Below the pieces are notes generated by a model. The model was not told where the DNA came from. It made no database searches and saw only the letters and a list, made by a program, of their open reading frames with translations. Shown here piece after piece: positions 1 to 14,232 of a DNA stretch of 34,603 bases. The stretch lies in the IMG/VR virus record IMGVR_UViG_2671181056_000001. One strand, 5' to 3'. Every line of letters starts with the position of its first letter. The first letter of the stretch is position 1. Source of the stretch: a virus. Taxonomy: Duplodnaviria > Heunggongvirae > Uroviricota > Caudoviricetes. The position numbers and the translations under genes are program-made.

Positions 1-229
1 GGCAGCGGGCTTGTAATGGGTTAAGTGATAACAGATGTCTGGAAATATAGGGGCAAATCCAATCGTCGCCGTATTCCCGTATTAACAGAGACCGTAGCCC
101 GACGGGGAACTCCTTCTGCGCGAGTGTGCGGGAATAATCAAAAACGATGCACACCGGGGTTACCGGGTACACATATTTCATCATGCCAGCGAGTCCGGTT
201 CTGGCACGGAAGAAACCGGACGTTATGAT

Positions 230-655
230 TTAGTGCGGAAATATTTGTGTAGTGTTCTGTATGTTCTCAGTAAAGAGTAATGAATTATCAAAGGTATAGT
301 AATACCTTTTGTTTTCGTGGATATTTGTAATCCATCTGAAAACCCCTGCTGTAGCAAGATTTTTCCTGTATTCGTAAAATGATAACTCTCCTGATTTGAA
401 TCCTTTTAAGGTGGCTTCTATAAGGCATTTATTTTTTGAAAATCTTACATTTACAACCTTACCCTGTCCTTTTATTAAAACCGTATTATCGTTTTCAAGA
501 ACAAGATGAATATTCTCTGTGGCTAAATAGTAAATGTAATGTGAGACATTGTGACGTTTTAGTTCAGAATAAAACCAGTGATAGTTTAAATTATTTCGCA
601 CTTTATCGAATATTTGTTTAAAAATGGCAACCTGAGCCATTGTAGTACCTTCCAT
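230..655 (-). CDS. DUF1398 family prophage protein (YbcV/YdfO-like)
   Basis: 141-aa ORF on minus strand; protein recalled as close to E. coli DLP12 YbcV; AT-rich moron-like composition; sits at the right-end position upstream of cos as in DLP12. Confidence 0.5.
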   Translation of the reverse strand: MEGTTMAQVAIFKQIFDKVRNNLNYHWFYSELKRHNVSHYIYYLATENIHLVLENDNTVLIKGQGKVVNVRFSKNKCLIEATLKGFKSGELSFYEYRKNLATAGVFRWITNIHENKRYYYTFDNSLLFTENIQNTTQIFPH

Positions 656-697
656 GTGATATGAGGGGGCGTAGTCTGCACGATTATCTAAATTGCT

Positions 698-931
698 TCA
701 ATCTGGTCTAACCTGTTTTCTGAGCAATTCAGTAATGTCACTCTTTTCTTTGTTTGCTTCAGGCGAAACTCTTTTTTCTGAGCACAGTCTCCGGCGGCAG
801 GCTTCAATGACCCAGGCTGAGAAATTCCCGGACCCTTTTTGAACAAGAGCGATGTTAATTTGTTCAATCATTTGGTTAGGAAAGCGGATGTTGCGGGTTG
901 TTGTTCTGCGGGTTCTGTTCTTCGTTGACAT
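698..931 (-). CDS. DUF3950 family small prophage protein (YlcI/YnfO-like)
   Basis: 77-aa basic ORF; recalled similarity to YlcI/YnfO encoded next to nohD/Nu1 homologs in cryptic prophages. Confidence 0.45.
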   Translation of the reverse strand: MSTKNRTRRTTTRNIRFPNQMIEQINIALVQKGSGNFSAWVIEACRRRLCSEKRVSPEANKEKSDITELLRKQVRPD

Positions 932-1096
932 GAGGTTGCCCTGTATTCAGTGTCGCTGATTTGTATTGTCTGAAGTTGTTTTTACGTTAAGTTGATGCAG
1001 ATCAATTAATACGATACCTGCGTCATAATTGATTATTTGACGTGGTTTGATGGCGTAGATGCACGTTGTGACATGTAGATGATAATTATTATCATT

Positions 1097-1319
1097 TTGC
1101 GGGTCCTTTCCGGCGATCCGACAGGTTACGGGGCGGAAGGCGCGCGGGTTTTCGCTATTTATGACAATTTTCCGGTTTAAGGCGTTTCCGTTCTTCTTCG
1201 CCGTAACCTAATGTTTTTATTTAAAACACCCCCTGAAAAGAAAGGAAACGACAGGTGCTGAAAACGGGCTTTTTGGCCTCTGTCGTTTCCTTTCTCTGTT
1301 TTTGTCCGTGGAATGAACA
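1097..1319 (+). other. cos: cos site: right-end/cosQ-proximal sequence, cosN (12-nt cohesive-end region 1131-1142) and cosB up to the nu1 start
   Basis: Near-identical to the lambda right end (GGGTCCTTTCCGG.GATCCGACAGGTTACG) followed by the lambda left-end/cosB sequence (CGCGGGTTTTCGCTATTTATGA...GAAAGGAAACGACAGGTGCTGAAA); the 12-mer here is GGGCGGAAGGCG versus lambda GGGCGGCGACCT. Confidence 0.8.
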
Positions 1320-1839
1320 ATGGAAGTCAACAAAAAGCAGCTGGCTGACATTTTCGGTGCGAGTATCCGTACCATTCAGAACTGGCAGGAACAGGGAATG
1401 CCCGTTCTGCGAGGCGGTGGCAAGGGTAATGAGGTGCTTTATGACTCTGCCGCCGTTATAAGATGGTATGCCGAAAGGGATGCTGAAATTGAGAACGAAA
1501 AGCTGCGCCGGGAAGTTGAAGAACTGCGGCAGGCCAGCGAGACAGATCTCCAGCCAGGGACTATTGAGTACGAACGCCATCGACTTACGCGTGCGCAGGC
1601 CGACGCACAGGAGCTGAAAAATGCCAGAGACTCCGCTGAAGTGGTGGAAACCGCATTCTGTACTTTCGTGCTGTCGCGGATCGCAGGTGAAATTGCCAGT
1701 ATTCTCGACGGGATCCCCCTGTCGGTGCAGCGGCGTTTTCCGGAACTGGAAAACCGACATGTTGATTTCCTGAAACGGGATATCATCAAAGCCATGAACA
1801 AAGCAGCCGCGCTGGATGAACTGATACCGGGGTTGCTGA

Positions 1840-1865
<26 letters not shown>
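1320..1865 (+). CDS. nu1: terminase small subunit Nu1
   Basis: 181 aa, MEVNKKQLADIFGASIRTIQNWQEQGMPVLRGGGKGNEVLYD... matches lambda Nu1 from memory; immediately downstream of cosB. Confidence 0.95.
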
Positions 1866-5546
<3,681 letters not shown>

Positions 5547-5566
<20 letters not shown>

Positions 5567-6866
5567 TCTCCCGCATATTGCCAGCATGGCTTTTAATGAG
5601 CCGCTGATGCTTGAACCCGCCTATGCGCGGGTTTTCTTTTGTGCGCTTGCAGGCCAGCTTGGGATCAGCTGCCTGACGGATGCAGTATCCGGCGACAGCC
5701 TGACTGCCGGAGAGGCACCCGCGGCGCTGGCGTTATCCGGTGATGATGACGGACCACGACAGGCCCGCAGTTATCAGGTAATGAACGGCATCGCCGTGCT
5801 GCCGGTGTCCGGCACGCTGGTCAGCCGGACGCGGGCGCTGCAGCCGTACTCGGGGATGACCGGTTACAACGGCATTATCGCCCGTCTGCAACAGGCTGCC
5901 AGCGACCCGATGGTGGACGGCATTCTGCTCGATATGGACACACCGGGCGGAATGGTGGCGGGAGCATTTGACTGCGCTGACATCATCGCCCGTGTGCGTG
6001 ACATAAAGCCGGTATGGGCGCTGGCCAATGACATGAACTGCAGCGCAGGTCAGCTGCTTGCCAGTGCCGCCTCCCGGCGTCTGGTCACGCAGACCGCCCG
6101 GACAGGCTCCATCGGCGTCATGATGGCTCACAGTAATTACGGCGCTGCACTGGAGAAACAGGGCGTGGAAATCACGCTGATTTACAGCGGCAGCCATAAG
6201 GTGGATGGCAACCCCTACAGCCATCTACCGGATGATGTCCGGGAAACATTGCAGTCCCGGATGGATGCAACCCGCCGGATGTTTGCACAGAAGGTGTCGG
6301 CATATACCGGCCTGTCCGTGCAGGCTGTGCTGGATACCGAGGCTGCAGTGTACAGCGGTCAGGAGGCCATTGATGCCGGACTGGCTGATGAACTTGTTAA
6401 CAGTACCGATGCGATCACCGTCATGCGTGATGCACTGGATGCACGTAAATCCCGTCTCTCAGGAGGGCGAATGACCAAAGAGACTCAATCAACAACTGTT
6501 TCAGCCACTGCTTCGCAGGCTGACGTTACTGGCGTGGTGCAAGCGACGGAGGGCGAGAACGCCAGCGCGGCGCAGCCGGACGTGAACGCGCAGATCACCG
6601 CAGCGGTTGCGGCAGAAAACAGTCGCATTATGGGGATCCTCAACTGTGAGGAGGCTCACGGACGCGAAGAACAGGCACGCGTGCTGGCCGAAACCCCCGG
6701 TATGACCGTGGAAACGGCCCGCCGTATTCTGGCCGCAGCACCACAGAGTGCACAGACGCGCAGTGACACTGCGCTGGATCGTCTGATGCAGGGGGCACCG
6801 GCACCGCTGGCTGCAGGTAACCCGGCATCTGATGCCGTTAACGATTTGCTGAACACACCAGTGTAA
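5547..6866 (+). CDS. C: head maturation protease / minor capsid protein C (GTG start)
   Basis: In-frame GTG at 5547 gives 439 aa beginning TAELRNLPHIASMAFNEPLMLEP as lambda gpC; the 5412 ATG of the six-frame ORF is upstream of the conserved start. Confidence 0.9.
6471..6866 (+). CDS. nu3: scaffolding protein Nu3, nested in frame within the 3' part of C
   Basis: ATG at 6471 preceded by AGGAGGG; 131 aa MTKETQSTTVSATASQADV... as lambda Nu3; same frame and stop as C. Confidence 0.85.
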   Translation: MTKETQSTTVSATASQADVTGVVQATEGENASAAQPDVNAQITAAVAAENSRIMGILNCEEAHGREEQARVLAETPGMTVETARRILAAAPQSAQTRSDTALDRLMQGAPAPLAAGNPASDAVNDLLNTPV

Positions 6867-6875
6867 GGGATGTTT

Positions 6876-7208
6876 ATGACGAGCAAAGAAACCTTTACCC
6901 ATTACCAGCCGCTGGGCAATAGTGACCCGGCTCATACCGCAACCGCGCCCGGCGGATTGAGTGCGAAAGCGCCTGCAATGACCCCGCTGATGCTGGACAC
7001 CTCCACCCGTAAGCTGGTTGCGTGGGATGGCACCACCGACGGTGCTGCCGTTGGCATTCTTGCGGTTGCTGCTGACCAGACCAGCACCACACTGACGTTC
7101 TACAAGTCCGGCACGTTCCGTTATGAGGATGTGCTCTGGCCGGAGGCTGCCAGCGACGAGACGAAAAAACGGACCGTGTTTGCCGGAACGGCAATCAGCA
7201 TCGTTTAA
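6876..7208 (+). CDS. D: head decoration protein D
   Basis: 110 aa [40 protein letters not shown]... lambda gpD; ORF-track start at 6870 is 2 codons upstream. Confidence 0.93.
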   Translation: MTSKETFTHYQPLGNSDPAHTATAPGGLSAKAPAMTPLMLDTSTRKLVAWDGTTDGAAVGILAVAADQTSTTLTFYKSGTFRYEDVLWPEAASDETKKRTVFAGTAISIV

Positions 7209-7263
7209 CTTTACCCTTCATCACTAAAGGCCGCCTGTGTGGCTTTTTTTACGGGATTTTTTT

Positions 7264-8289
7264 ATGTCGATGTACACAACCGCCCAGCTGCTGGCGGCAA
7301 ATGAGCAGAAATTTAAGTTTGATCCGCTGTTTCTGCGTCTCTTTTTCCGTGAGAGCTATCCCTTCACTACGGAGAAAGTCTATCTCTCACAAATTCCGGG
7401 ACTGGTAAACATGGCGCTGTACGTTTCGCCGATTGTTTCCGGTGAGGTTATCCGTTCCCGTGGCGGCTCCACCTCTGAATTTACGCCGGGATATGTCAAA
7501 CCCAAGCATGAGGTGAATCCGCAGATGACCCTGCGTCGCCTGCCGGATGAAGATCCGCAGAATCTGGCGGACCCGGCTTACCGCCGCCGTCGCATCATCA
7601 TGCAGAACATGCGTGACGAAGAGCTGGCCATTGCTCAGGTCGAAGAGATGCAGGCAGTTTCTGCCGTGCTCAAGGGCAAATACACCATGACCGGTGAAGC
7701 CTTCGATCCGGTTGAGGTGGATATGGGCCGCAGTGCGGCGAACAACATCACACAGTCCGGCGTCACGGAGTGGAGCAAGCGTGACAAGTCCACGTATGAC
7801 CCGACCGACGATATCGAAGCCTACGCGCTGAACGCCAGCGGTGTGGTGAATATCATCGTGTTTGACCCGAAAGGCTGGGCGCTGTTCCGTTCCTTCAAAG
7901 CCGTCAAGGAGAAGCTGGATACCCGTCGCGGCTCTCATTCCGAGCTGGAGACAGCGGTAAAAGACCTGGGCAAAGCGGTGTCCTATAAGGGAATGTATGG
8001 CGATGTGGCCATCGTCGTGTATTCCGGACAGTACGTGGAAAACGGCGTCAAAAAGAACTTCCTGCCGGACAACACGATGGTGCTGGGGAACACTCAGGCT
8101 CGCGGTCTGCGCACCTATGGCTGCATTCAGGATGCGGACGCACAGCGCGAAGGCATTAACGCTTCTGCCCGTTACCCGAAAAACTGGGTGACCACCGGCG
8201 ATCCGGCGCGTGAGTTCACCATGATTCAGTCAGCACCGCTGATGCTGCTGGCTGATCCTGATGAGTTCGTGTCCGTTCAACTGGCGTAA
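7264..8289 (+). CDS. E: major capsid protein E
   Basis: 341 aa from MSMYTTAQLLAANEQKFKFDPLFLRLFFRESYPF... lambda gpE. Confidence 0.95.
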   Translation: MSMYTTAQLLAANEQKFKFDPLFLRLFFRESYPFTTEKVYLSQIPGLVNMALYVSPIVSGEVIRSRGGSTSEFTPGYVKPKHEVNPQMTLRRLPDEDPQNLADPAYRRRRIIMQNMRDEELAIAQVEEMQAVSAVLKGKYTMTGEAFDPVEVDMGRSAANNITQSGVTEWSKRDKSTYDPTDDIEAYALNASGVVNIIVFDPKGWALFRSFKAVKEKLDTRRGSHSELETAVKDLGKAVSYKGMYGDVAIVVYSGQYVENGVKKNFLPDNTMVLGNTQARGLRTYGCIQDADAQREGINASARYPKNWVTTGDPAREFTMIQSAPLMLLADPDEFVSVQLA

Positions 8290-8330
8290 TCATGGCCCTT
8301 CGGGGCCATTTTCTCTCTGTGGAGGAGTTC

Positions 8331-8729
8331 ATGACGAAAGATGAACTGATTGCCCGTCTTCAGGAGCTGGGTGAGCAATTGAACCGCGATGTCAGTTTGA
8401 CGGGAACGAAAGAAGAACTGGCGCTTCGTGTGGCAGAGCTGGAAGAAGAGCTTGATGACACGGATGAAACTGCCGGTCAGGACACCCCTCTCAGCCGGGA
8501 AAATGTGCTGACCGGGCATGAAAATGAGGTGGTATCAGCGCAGCCGGATACCGTGATTCAGGATACGGCTGAACTGGTCACGGTCGTGGCACTGGTGACG
8601 CTGCATACTGATGCACTTCACGCCACGCGGGATAAACCTGTGGCATTTGTGCTGCCGGGAACGGCGTTTCGTGTCTCTGCCGGTGTGGCAGCCGAAATGA
8701 CAGAGCGCGGCCTGGCCAGAATGCAATAA
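8331..8729 (+). CDS. FI: DNA packaging protein FI
   Basis: 132 aa from MTKDELIARLQELGEQLNRDVSLTGTKEELALRVAELEEEL... lambda gpFI. Confidence 0.9.
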   Translation: MTKDELIARLQELGEQLNRDVSLTGTKEELALRVAELEEELDDTDETAGQDTPLSRENVLTGHENEVVSAQPDTVIQDTAELVTVVALVTLHTDALHATRDKPVAFVLPGTAFRVSAGVAAEMTERGLARMQ

Positions 8730-8740
8730 CGGGAGGCGCT

Positions 8741-9094
8741 GTGGCTGATTTCGATAACCTGTTCGATGCTGCCATTGCCCGCGCCGATGAAACGATACGC
8801 GGGTACATGGGAACGTCAGCCACCATGACATCCGGTGAGCAGTCAGGTGCGGTGATACGTGGTGTTTTTGATGACCCTGAAAATATCAGCTATGCCGGAC
8901 AGGGCGTGCGCGTTGAAGGCTCCAGCCCGTCCCTGTTTGTCCGGACTGATGAGGTGCGGCAGCTGCGGCGTGGAGACACGCTGACCATCGGTGAGGAAAA
9001 TTTCTGGGTAGATCGGGTTTCGCCGGATGATGGCGGAAGTTGTCATCTCTGGCTTGGACGGGGCGTACCGCCTGCCGTTAACCGTCGCCGCTGA
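8741..9094 (+). CDS. FII: head completion protein FII
   Basis: 117 aa MADFDNLFDAAIARADETIRGYMGTSAT... lambda gpFII. Confidence 0.93.
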   Translation: MADFDNLFDAAIARADETIRGYMGTSATMTSGEQSGAVIRGVFDDPENISYAGQGVRVEGSSPSLFVRTDEVRQLRRGDTLTIGEENFWVDRVSPDDGGSCHLWLGRGVPPAVNRRR

Positions 9095-9105
9095 AAGGGG
9101 GATGT

Positions 9106-9684
9106 ATGGCCATAAAAGGTCTTGAGCAGGCCGTTGAAAACCTCAGCCGTATCAGCAAAACGGCGGTGCCCGGTGCCGCCGCAATGGCCATTAACCGCGT
9201 TGCTTCATCCGCGATATCGCAGTCTGCGTCACAGGTTGCCCGTGAGACAAAGGTACGCCGGAAACTGGTAAAGGAAAGGGCCAGGCTGAAAAGGGCCACG
9301 GTCAAAAATCCGCAGGCCAGAATCAAAGTTAACCGGGGGGATTTGCCCGTAATCAAGCTGGGTAATGCGCGGGTTGTCCTGTCCCGCCGCAGGCGTCATA
9401 AAAAGGGGCAGCGTTCATCCCTGAAAGGTGGCGGCAGCGTGCTTGTGGTGGGTAACCGTCGTATTCCCGGCGCGTTTATTCAGCAACTGAAAAACGGCCG
9501 GTGGCATGTTATGCAGCGTGTGGCCGGGAAAAACCGTTACCCCATTGATGTGGTGAAAATCCCGATGGCGGTGCCGCTGACCACGGCGTTTAAACAGAAT
9601 ATTGAACGGATACGGCGTGAACGTCTTCCGAAAGAGCTGGGCTATGCGCTGCAGCATCAACTGAGAATGGTAATAAAGCGATGA
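9106..9684 (+). CDS. Z: tail completion protein Z
   Basis: 192 aa MAIKGLEQAVENLSRISKTAVPGAAAMAINRVASSAISQ... lambda gpZ. Confidence 0.93.
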   Translation: MAIKGLEQAVENLSRISKTAVPGAAAMAINRVASSAISQSASQVARETKVRRKLVKERARLKRATVKNPQARIKVNRGDLPVIKLGNARVVLSRRRRHKKGQRSSLKGGGSVLVVGNRRIPGAFIQQLKNGRWHVMQRVAGKNRYPIDVVKIPMAVPLTTAFKQNIERIRRERLPKELGYALQHQLRMVIKR

Positions 9685-10076
9685 AACATACTGAACTCCG
9701 TGCAGCCGTACTGGATGCACTGGAGAAGCATGACACCGGGGCGACGCTTTTTGATGGTCGCCCCGCTGTTTTTGATGAGGAAGATTTTCCGGCAATTGCC
9801 GTTTATCTCACCGGCGCTGAATACACGGGCGAAGAGCTGGACAGCGATACCTGGCAGGCGGAGCTGCATATTGAAGTTTTCCTGCCTGCTCAGGTGCCGG
9901 ATTCAGAGCTGGATTCGTGGATGGAGTCCCGGATTTATCCGGTGATGAGCGATATCCCGGCACTGTCAGATTTGATCACCAGTATGGTGGCCAGCGGCTA
10001 TGACTACCGGCGCGACGATGATGCGGGCCTGTGGAGTTCAGCCGATCTGACTTATGTCATTATCTATGAAATGTGA
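9681..10076 (+). CDS. U: tail terminator protein U
   Basis: 131 aa [38 protein letters not shown]... lambda gpU; start overlaps Z stop. Confidence 0.93.
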   Translation: MKHTELRAAVLDALEKHDTGATLFDGRPAVFDEEDFPAIAVYLTGAEYTGEELDSDTWQAELHIEVFLPAQVPDSELDSWMESRIYPVMSDIPALSDLITSMVASGYDYRRDDDAGLWSSADLTYVIIYEM

Positions 10077-10083
10077 GGACGCT

Positions 10084-10824
10084 ATGCCTGTACCAAATCC
10101 TACAATGCCGGTGAAAGGTGCCGGGACCACCCTGTGGGTTTATAAGGGGAGCGGTGACCCTTATGCGAACCCGCTTTCAGACGTTGACTGGTCGCGTCTG
10201 GCAAAAGTTAAAGACCTGACGCCCGGCGAACTGACCGCTGAGTCCTATGACGACAGCTATCTCGATGATGAAGATGCAGACTGGACTGCGACCGGGCAGG
10301 GGCAGAAATCTGCCGGAGATACCAGCTTCACGCTGGCGTGGATGCCCGGAGAGCAGGGGCAGCAGGCGCTGCTGGCGTGGTTTAATGAAGGTGATACCCG
10401 TGCCTATAAAATCCGCTTCCCGAACGGCACGGTCGATGTGTTCCGTGGCTGGGTCAGCAGTATCGGTAAGGCGGTGACGGCGAAGGAGGTGATTACCCGC
10501 ACGGTGAAGGTCACCAATGTGGGACGTCCGTCGATGGCAGAAGATCGCAGCACGGTGACGGCGACGACCGGCATGACGGTGACACCCGCCAGTGCTTCCG
10601 TAGTGAAAGGGCAGAGCACCACGCTGACCGTGGCATTCCAGCCGGATGGCGCAACCGACAAGAGCTTCCGTGCGGTGTCTGCGGATAAAACAAAAGCCAC
10701 CGTGTCGGTCAGTGGTATGACCATCACCGTGAAAGGTGTTGCTGCAGGCAAGGTCAACATTCCGGTCGTATCTGGTAATGGTGAGTTTGCTGCGGTTGCA
10801 GAAATCAACGTCACCGCCAGTTAA
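10084..10824 (+). CDS. V: major tail tube protein V (with C-terminal Ig-like domain)
   Basis: 246 aa from [42 protein letters not shown]... lambda gpV. Confidence 0.95.
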   Translation: MPVPNPTMPVKGAGTTLWVYKGSGDPYANPLSDVDWSRLAKVKDLTPGELTAESYDDSYLDDEDADWTATGQGQKSAGDTSFTLAWMPGEQGQQALLAWFNEGDTRAYKIRFPNGTVDVFRGWVSSIGKAVTAKEVITRTVKVTNVGRPSMAEDRSTVTATTGMTVTPASASVVKGQSTTLTVAFQPDGATDKSFRAVSADKTKATVSVSGMTITVKGVAAGKVNIPVVSGNGEFAAVAEINVTAS

Positions 10825-10839
10825 TCCGGAGAGTCAGCG

Positions 10840-11262
10840 ATGTTCCTGAAAACCGAATCATTTGAACATAACGGTGTGACCGTCACGCTTTCTGAACTGT
10901 CAGCCCTGCAGCGTATTGAGCATCTCGACCTGATGAAACGGCAGGCAGAACAGGCGGAGTCAGACAGCAACCGGAAGTTTACTGTGGAAGACGCCATCAG
11001 AACCGGCGCTTTTGTGGTTGCGATGTCCCTGTGGCATAACCATCCGAAGAAGACGCAGATGCCGTCCATGAATGAAGCCGTTAAACAGATTGAGCAGGAA
11101 GTGCTTACCACCTGGCCCACAGAGGCAATTTCTCATGCTGAAAACGTGGTGTACCGGCTGTCCGGTATGTATGAGTTTGTGGTGAATGATGCTCCTGAAC
11201 AGGCAGAGGACGCCGGGCCTGCAGAGCCTGTTTCTGCGGGAAAGTGTTCGACGGTGAGCTGA
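10840..11262 (+). CDS. G: tail assembly chaperone G
   Basis: 140 aa MFLKTESFEHNGVTVTLSELSALQRIEHLDLMKRQAEQ... lambda gpG. Confidence 0.93.
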   Translation: MFLKTESFEHNGVTVTLSELSALQRIEHLDLMKRQAEQAESDSNRKFTVEDAIRTGAFVVAMSLWHNHPKKTQMPSMNEAVKQIEQEVLTTWPTEAISHAENVVYRLSGMYEFVVNDAPEQAEDAGPAEPVSAGKCSTVS

Positions 11263-11678
11263 GTTTTGCCCTGAAACTGGCGCGTGAGATGGGGCGACCC
11301 GACTGGCGCGCCATGCTTGCCGGGATGTCATCCACGGAGTATGCCGACTGGCACCGCTTTTACAGTACCCATTATTTTCATGATGTTCTGCTGGATATGC
11401 ACTTTTCCGGGCTGACGTACACCGTGCTCAGCCTGTTTTTCAGCGATCCGGAGATGCATCCGCTGGATTTCAGTCTGCTGAACCGGCGCGAGGCTGACGA
11501 AGAGCCTGAAGATGATGTGCTGATGCAGAAAGCGGCAGGGCTTGCCGGAGGTGTCCGCTTTGGCCCGGACGGGAATGAAGTTATCCCCGCTTCCCCGGAT
11601 GTGGCGGACATGACGGAGGATGACGTAATGCTGATGACAGTATCAGAAGGGATCGCAGGAGGAGTCCGGTATGGCTGA
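10840..11678 (+). CDS. T: tail assembly chaperone G-T fusion made by programmed -1 frameshift at slippery heptamer G GGA AAG (11238-11244); T-frame ORF 11244-11678
   Basis: Slippery sequence GGGAAAG sits in the XXXYYYZ register of the G frame 18 nt before the G stop; the 144-aa -1 frame ORF matches lambda gpT. Confidence 0.88.
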
Positions 11679-14232
11679 ACCGGTAGGCGATCTGGTCGTT
11701 GATTTGAGTCTGGATGCGGCCAGATTTGACGAGCAGATGGCCAGAGTCAGGCGTCATTTTTCCGGTACGGAAAGTGATGCGAAAAAAACAGCGGCAGTCG
11801 TTGAACAGTCGCTGAGCCGACAGGCGCTGGCTGCACAGAAAGCGGGGATTTCCGTCGGGCAGTATAAAGCCGCCATGCGTATGCTGCCTGCACAGTTCAC
11901 CGACGTGGCCACGCAGCTTGCAGGGGGGCAGAATCCCTGGCTGATCCTGCTGCAACAGGGTGGTCAGGTTAAGGACTCCTTCGGCGGGATGATCCCCATG
12001 TTCAGGGGGCTTGCCGGCGCGATCCCCCTGCCGATGGTGGGGGCCACCTCGCTGGCGGTGGCGACCGGTGCGCTGGCGTATGCCTGGTATCAGGGCAACT
12101 CAACCCTGTCCGATTTCAACAAAACGCTGGTCCTTTCCGGTAATCAGGCGGGACTGACGGCAGATCGTATGCTGGTCCTGTCCAGAGCCGGGCAGGCGGC
12201 AGGGCTGACGTTTAACCAGACCAGCGAGTCACTCAGCGCACTGGTTAAGGCGGGGGTAAGCGGTGAGGCTCAGATTGCGTCCATCAGCCAGAGTGTGGCG
12301 CGTTTCTCCTATGCATCCGGCGTGGAGGTGGACAAGGTCGCTGAAGCCTTCGGGAAGCTGACCACAGACCCGACGTCGGGGCTGACGGCGATGGCACGCC
12401 AGTTCCATAACGTGACGGCGGAGCAGATTGCGTATGTTGCTCAGTTGCAGCGTTCCGGCGATGAAGCCGGGGCATTGCAGGCGGCGAACGAGGCCGCAAC
12501 GAAAGGGTTTGATGACCAGACCCGCCGCCTGAAAGAGAACATGGGCACGCTGGAGACCTGGGCAGACAGGACTGCACGTGCATTCAAATCCATGTGGGAT
12601 GCGGTGCTGGATATTGGTCGTCCTGATACCGCGCAGGAGATGCTGATTAAGGCAGAGGCTGCGTTTAAGAAAGCAGACGACATCTGGAATCTGCGCAAGG
12701 ATGATTATTTCGTTAACGATGAAGCACGGGCGCGTTACTGGGATGATCGTGAAAAAAAACGCCTGGAGCGGGATGCAGCCCAAAAGAGGGTAGATCAACA
12801 GCGTCAACAGGACAAAAATGCGCAGCAGCAGAGCGATACCGAAGCGTCACGGCTGAAATATACCGAAGAGGCGCAGAAGGCTTACGAACGGCTGCAGACG
12901 CCGCTGGAGAAATATACCGCCCGTCAGGAAGAACTGAACAAGGCACTGAAAGACGGAAAAATCCTGCAGGCAGATTACAACACGCTGATGGCGGCGGCGA
13001 AAAAGGATTATGAAGCGACGCTGAAAAAGCCGAAACAGTCCGGCGTGAAGGTGTATGCGGGCGATCGTCAGGAAGACAGTGCTCATGCGGCCCTGCTGAC
13101 GCTTCAGGCAGAACTCCGGACGCTGGAGAAGCATGCCGGAGCGAATGAGAAAATCAGCCAGCAGCGCCGGGATTTGTGGAAGGCAGAAAGTCAGTTCGCG
13201 GTACTGGAGGAGGCGGCACAACGTCGCCAGCTGTCCGCACAGGAGAAATCCCTGCTGGCGCATAAAGACGAGACGCTGGAGTACAAACGCCAGCTGGCTG
13301 CACTTGGTGACAAGGTTACGTATCAGGAGCACCTGAATGCGCTGGCGCAGCAGGCGGATAAATTCGCACAGCAGCAACGGGCAAAACGGGCAGCCATTGA
13401 TGCGAAAAACCTGGGGCTGACTGACCGGCAGGCAGCGCGGGAAGCCACGGAACAGCGCCTGAAGGAACAGTATGGCGATAATCCTCTGGCGCTGAATAAC
13501 GTCATGTCAGAGCAGAAAAAGACCTGGGCGGCTGAAGACCAGCTTCGCGGGAGCTGGATGGCAGGCCTGAAGTCCGGCTGGAGTGAGTGGGAAGAGAGCG
13601 CCACGGACAGTATGTCACAGGTTAAAAGTGCAGCCACGCAGACCTTTGATGGTATTGCACAGAATATGGCGGCGATGCTGACCGGCAGTGAACAGAACTG
13701 GCGCAGCTTCACCCGCTCCGTGCTGTCCATGATGACAGAAATTCTGCTTAAGCAGGCAATGGTGGGGATTGTCGGGAGTATCGGCAGCGCCATTGGCGGG
13801 GCTGTTGGTGGCGGCGCATCCGCGTCAGGTGGTACAGCCATTCAGGCCGCTGCGGTGAAATTCCATTTTGCAACCGGGGGATTTACGGGAACCGGCGGCA
13901 AATATGAGCCAGCGGGGATTGTTCACCGTGGTGAATTTGTCTTCACGAAGGAGGCAACCAGCCGGATTGGCGTGGGGAATCTCTACCGGCTGATGCGCGG
14001 CTATGCGGAAGGTGGTTATGTGGGCGGTGCCGGAAGTCCGGCGCAGATGCGGCGGGCTGAAGGCATTAATTTTAATCAGAACAATCACGTGGTGATTCAG
14101 AACGACGGTACGAATGGTCTGCCAGGTCCACAGATGATGAAGGCCGTGTATGACATGGCCCGCAAGGGTGCCCGTGATGAAATTCAGACACAGATGCGTG
14201 ATGGTGGCCTGTTCTCCGGAGGTGGACGATGA
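11671..14232 (+). CDS. H: tail tape measure protein H (copy A, lambda-type C-terminus)
   Basis: 853 aa, same length as lambda gpH; MAEPVGDLVVDLSLDAARFDEQMARVRRHFSGTESDAKK... Confidence 0.95.
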   Translation: MAEPVGDLVVDLSLDAARFDEQMARVRRHFSGTESDAKKTAAVVEQSLSRQALAAQKAGISVGQYKAAMRMLPAQFTDVATQLAGGQNPWLILLQQGGQVKDSFGGMIPMFRGLAGAIPLPMVGATSLAVATGALAYAWYQGNSTLSDFNKTLVLSGNQAGLTADRMLVLSRAGQAAGLTFNQTSESLSALVKAGVSGEAQIASISQSVARFSYASGVEVDKVAEAFGKLTTDPTSGLTAMARQFHNVTAEQIAYVAQLQRSGDEAGALQAANEAATKGFDDQTRRLKENMGTLETWADRTARAFKSMWDAVLDIGRPDTAQEMLIKAEAAFKKADDIWNLRKDDYFVNDEARARYWDDREKKRLERDAAQKRVDQQRQQDKNAQQQSDTEASRLKYTEEAQKAYERLQTPLEKYTARQEELNKALKDGKILQADYNTLMAAAKKDYEATLKKPKQSGVKVYAGDRQEDSAHAALLTLQAELRTLEKHAGANEKISQQRRDLWKAESQFAVLEEAAQRRQLSAQEKSLLAHKDETLEYKRQLAALGDKVTYQEHLNALAQQADKFAQQQRAKRAAIDAKNLGLTDRQAAREATEQRLKEQYGDNPLALNNVMSEQKKTWAAEDQLRGSWMAGLKSGWSEWEESATDSMSQVKSAATQTFDGIAQNMAAMLTGSEQNWRSFTRSVLSMMTEILLKQAMVGIVGSIGSAIGGAVGGGASASGGTAIQAAAVKFHFATGGFTGTGGKYEPAGIVHRGEFVFTKEATSRIGVGNLYRLMRGYAEGGYVGGAGSPAQMRRAEGINFNQNNHVVIQNDGTNGLPGPQMMKAVYDMARKGARDEIQTQMRDGGLFSGGGR

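Larger units (their letters stand above)
9790..14109 (+). repeat. 4.3-kb direct repeat, copy 1 (partner 18542-22861, offset 8752; near-identical)
   Basis: Gene-by-gene identity of U(3'), V, G, T and H up to codon ~813; only a handful of substitutions. Confidence 0.9.

Noticed and set aside
25-228. 67-aa plus-strand ORF at the left edge
   Set aside because: No recognisable similarity or start context; cannot be supported from sequence alone. A 7-bp hairpin (194-220) is present but lacks a U-tract
1221-1801. Minus-strand ORFs of 179 and 120 aa overlapping cosB and nu1
   Set aside because: They overlap a well-defined cos site and the conserved nu1 gene; spurious
7209-7263. Possible terminator hairpin between D and E (AAAGGCCGCCTGTGTGGCTTTTTTT)
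   Set aside because: The T-run is clear but the stem pairs only about 3 bp as written; not a convincing intrinsic terminator, and D and E are co-transcribed late genes
12229-13841. Several minus-strand ORFs (99-192 aa) inside H, and equivalents in the second H copy
   Set aside because: Antisense frame artefacts within a long, well-supported coding sequence; no start context or homology features
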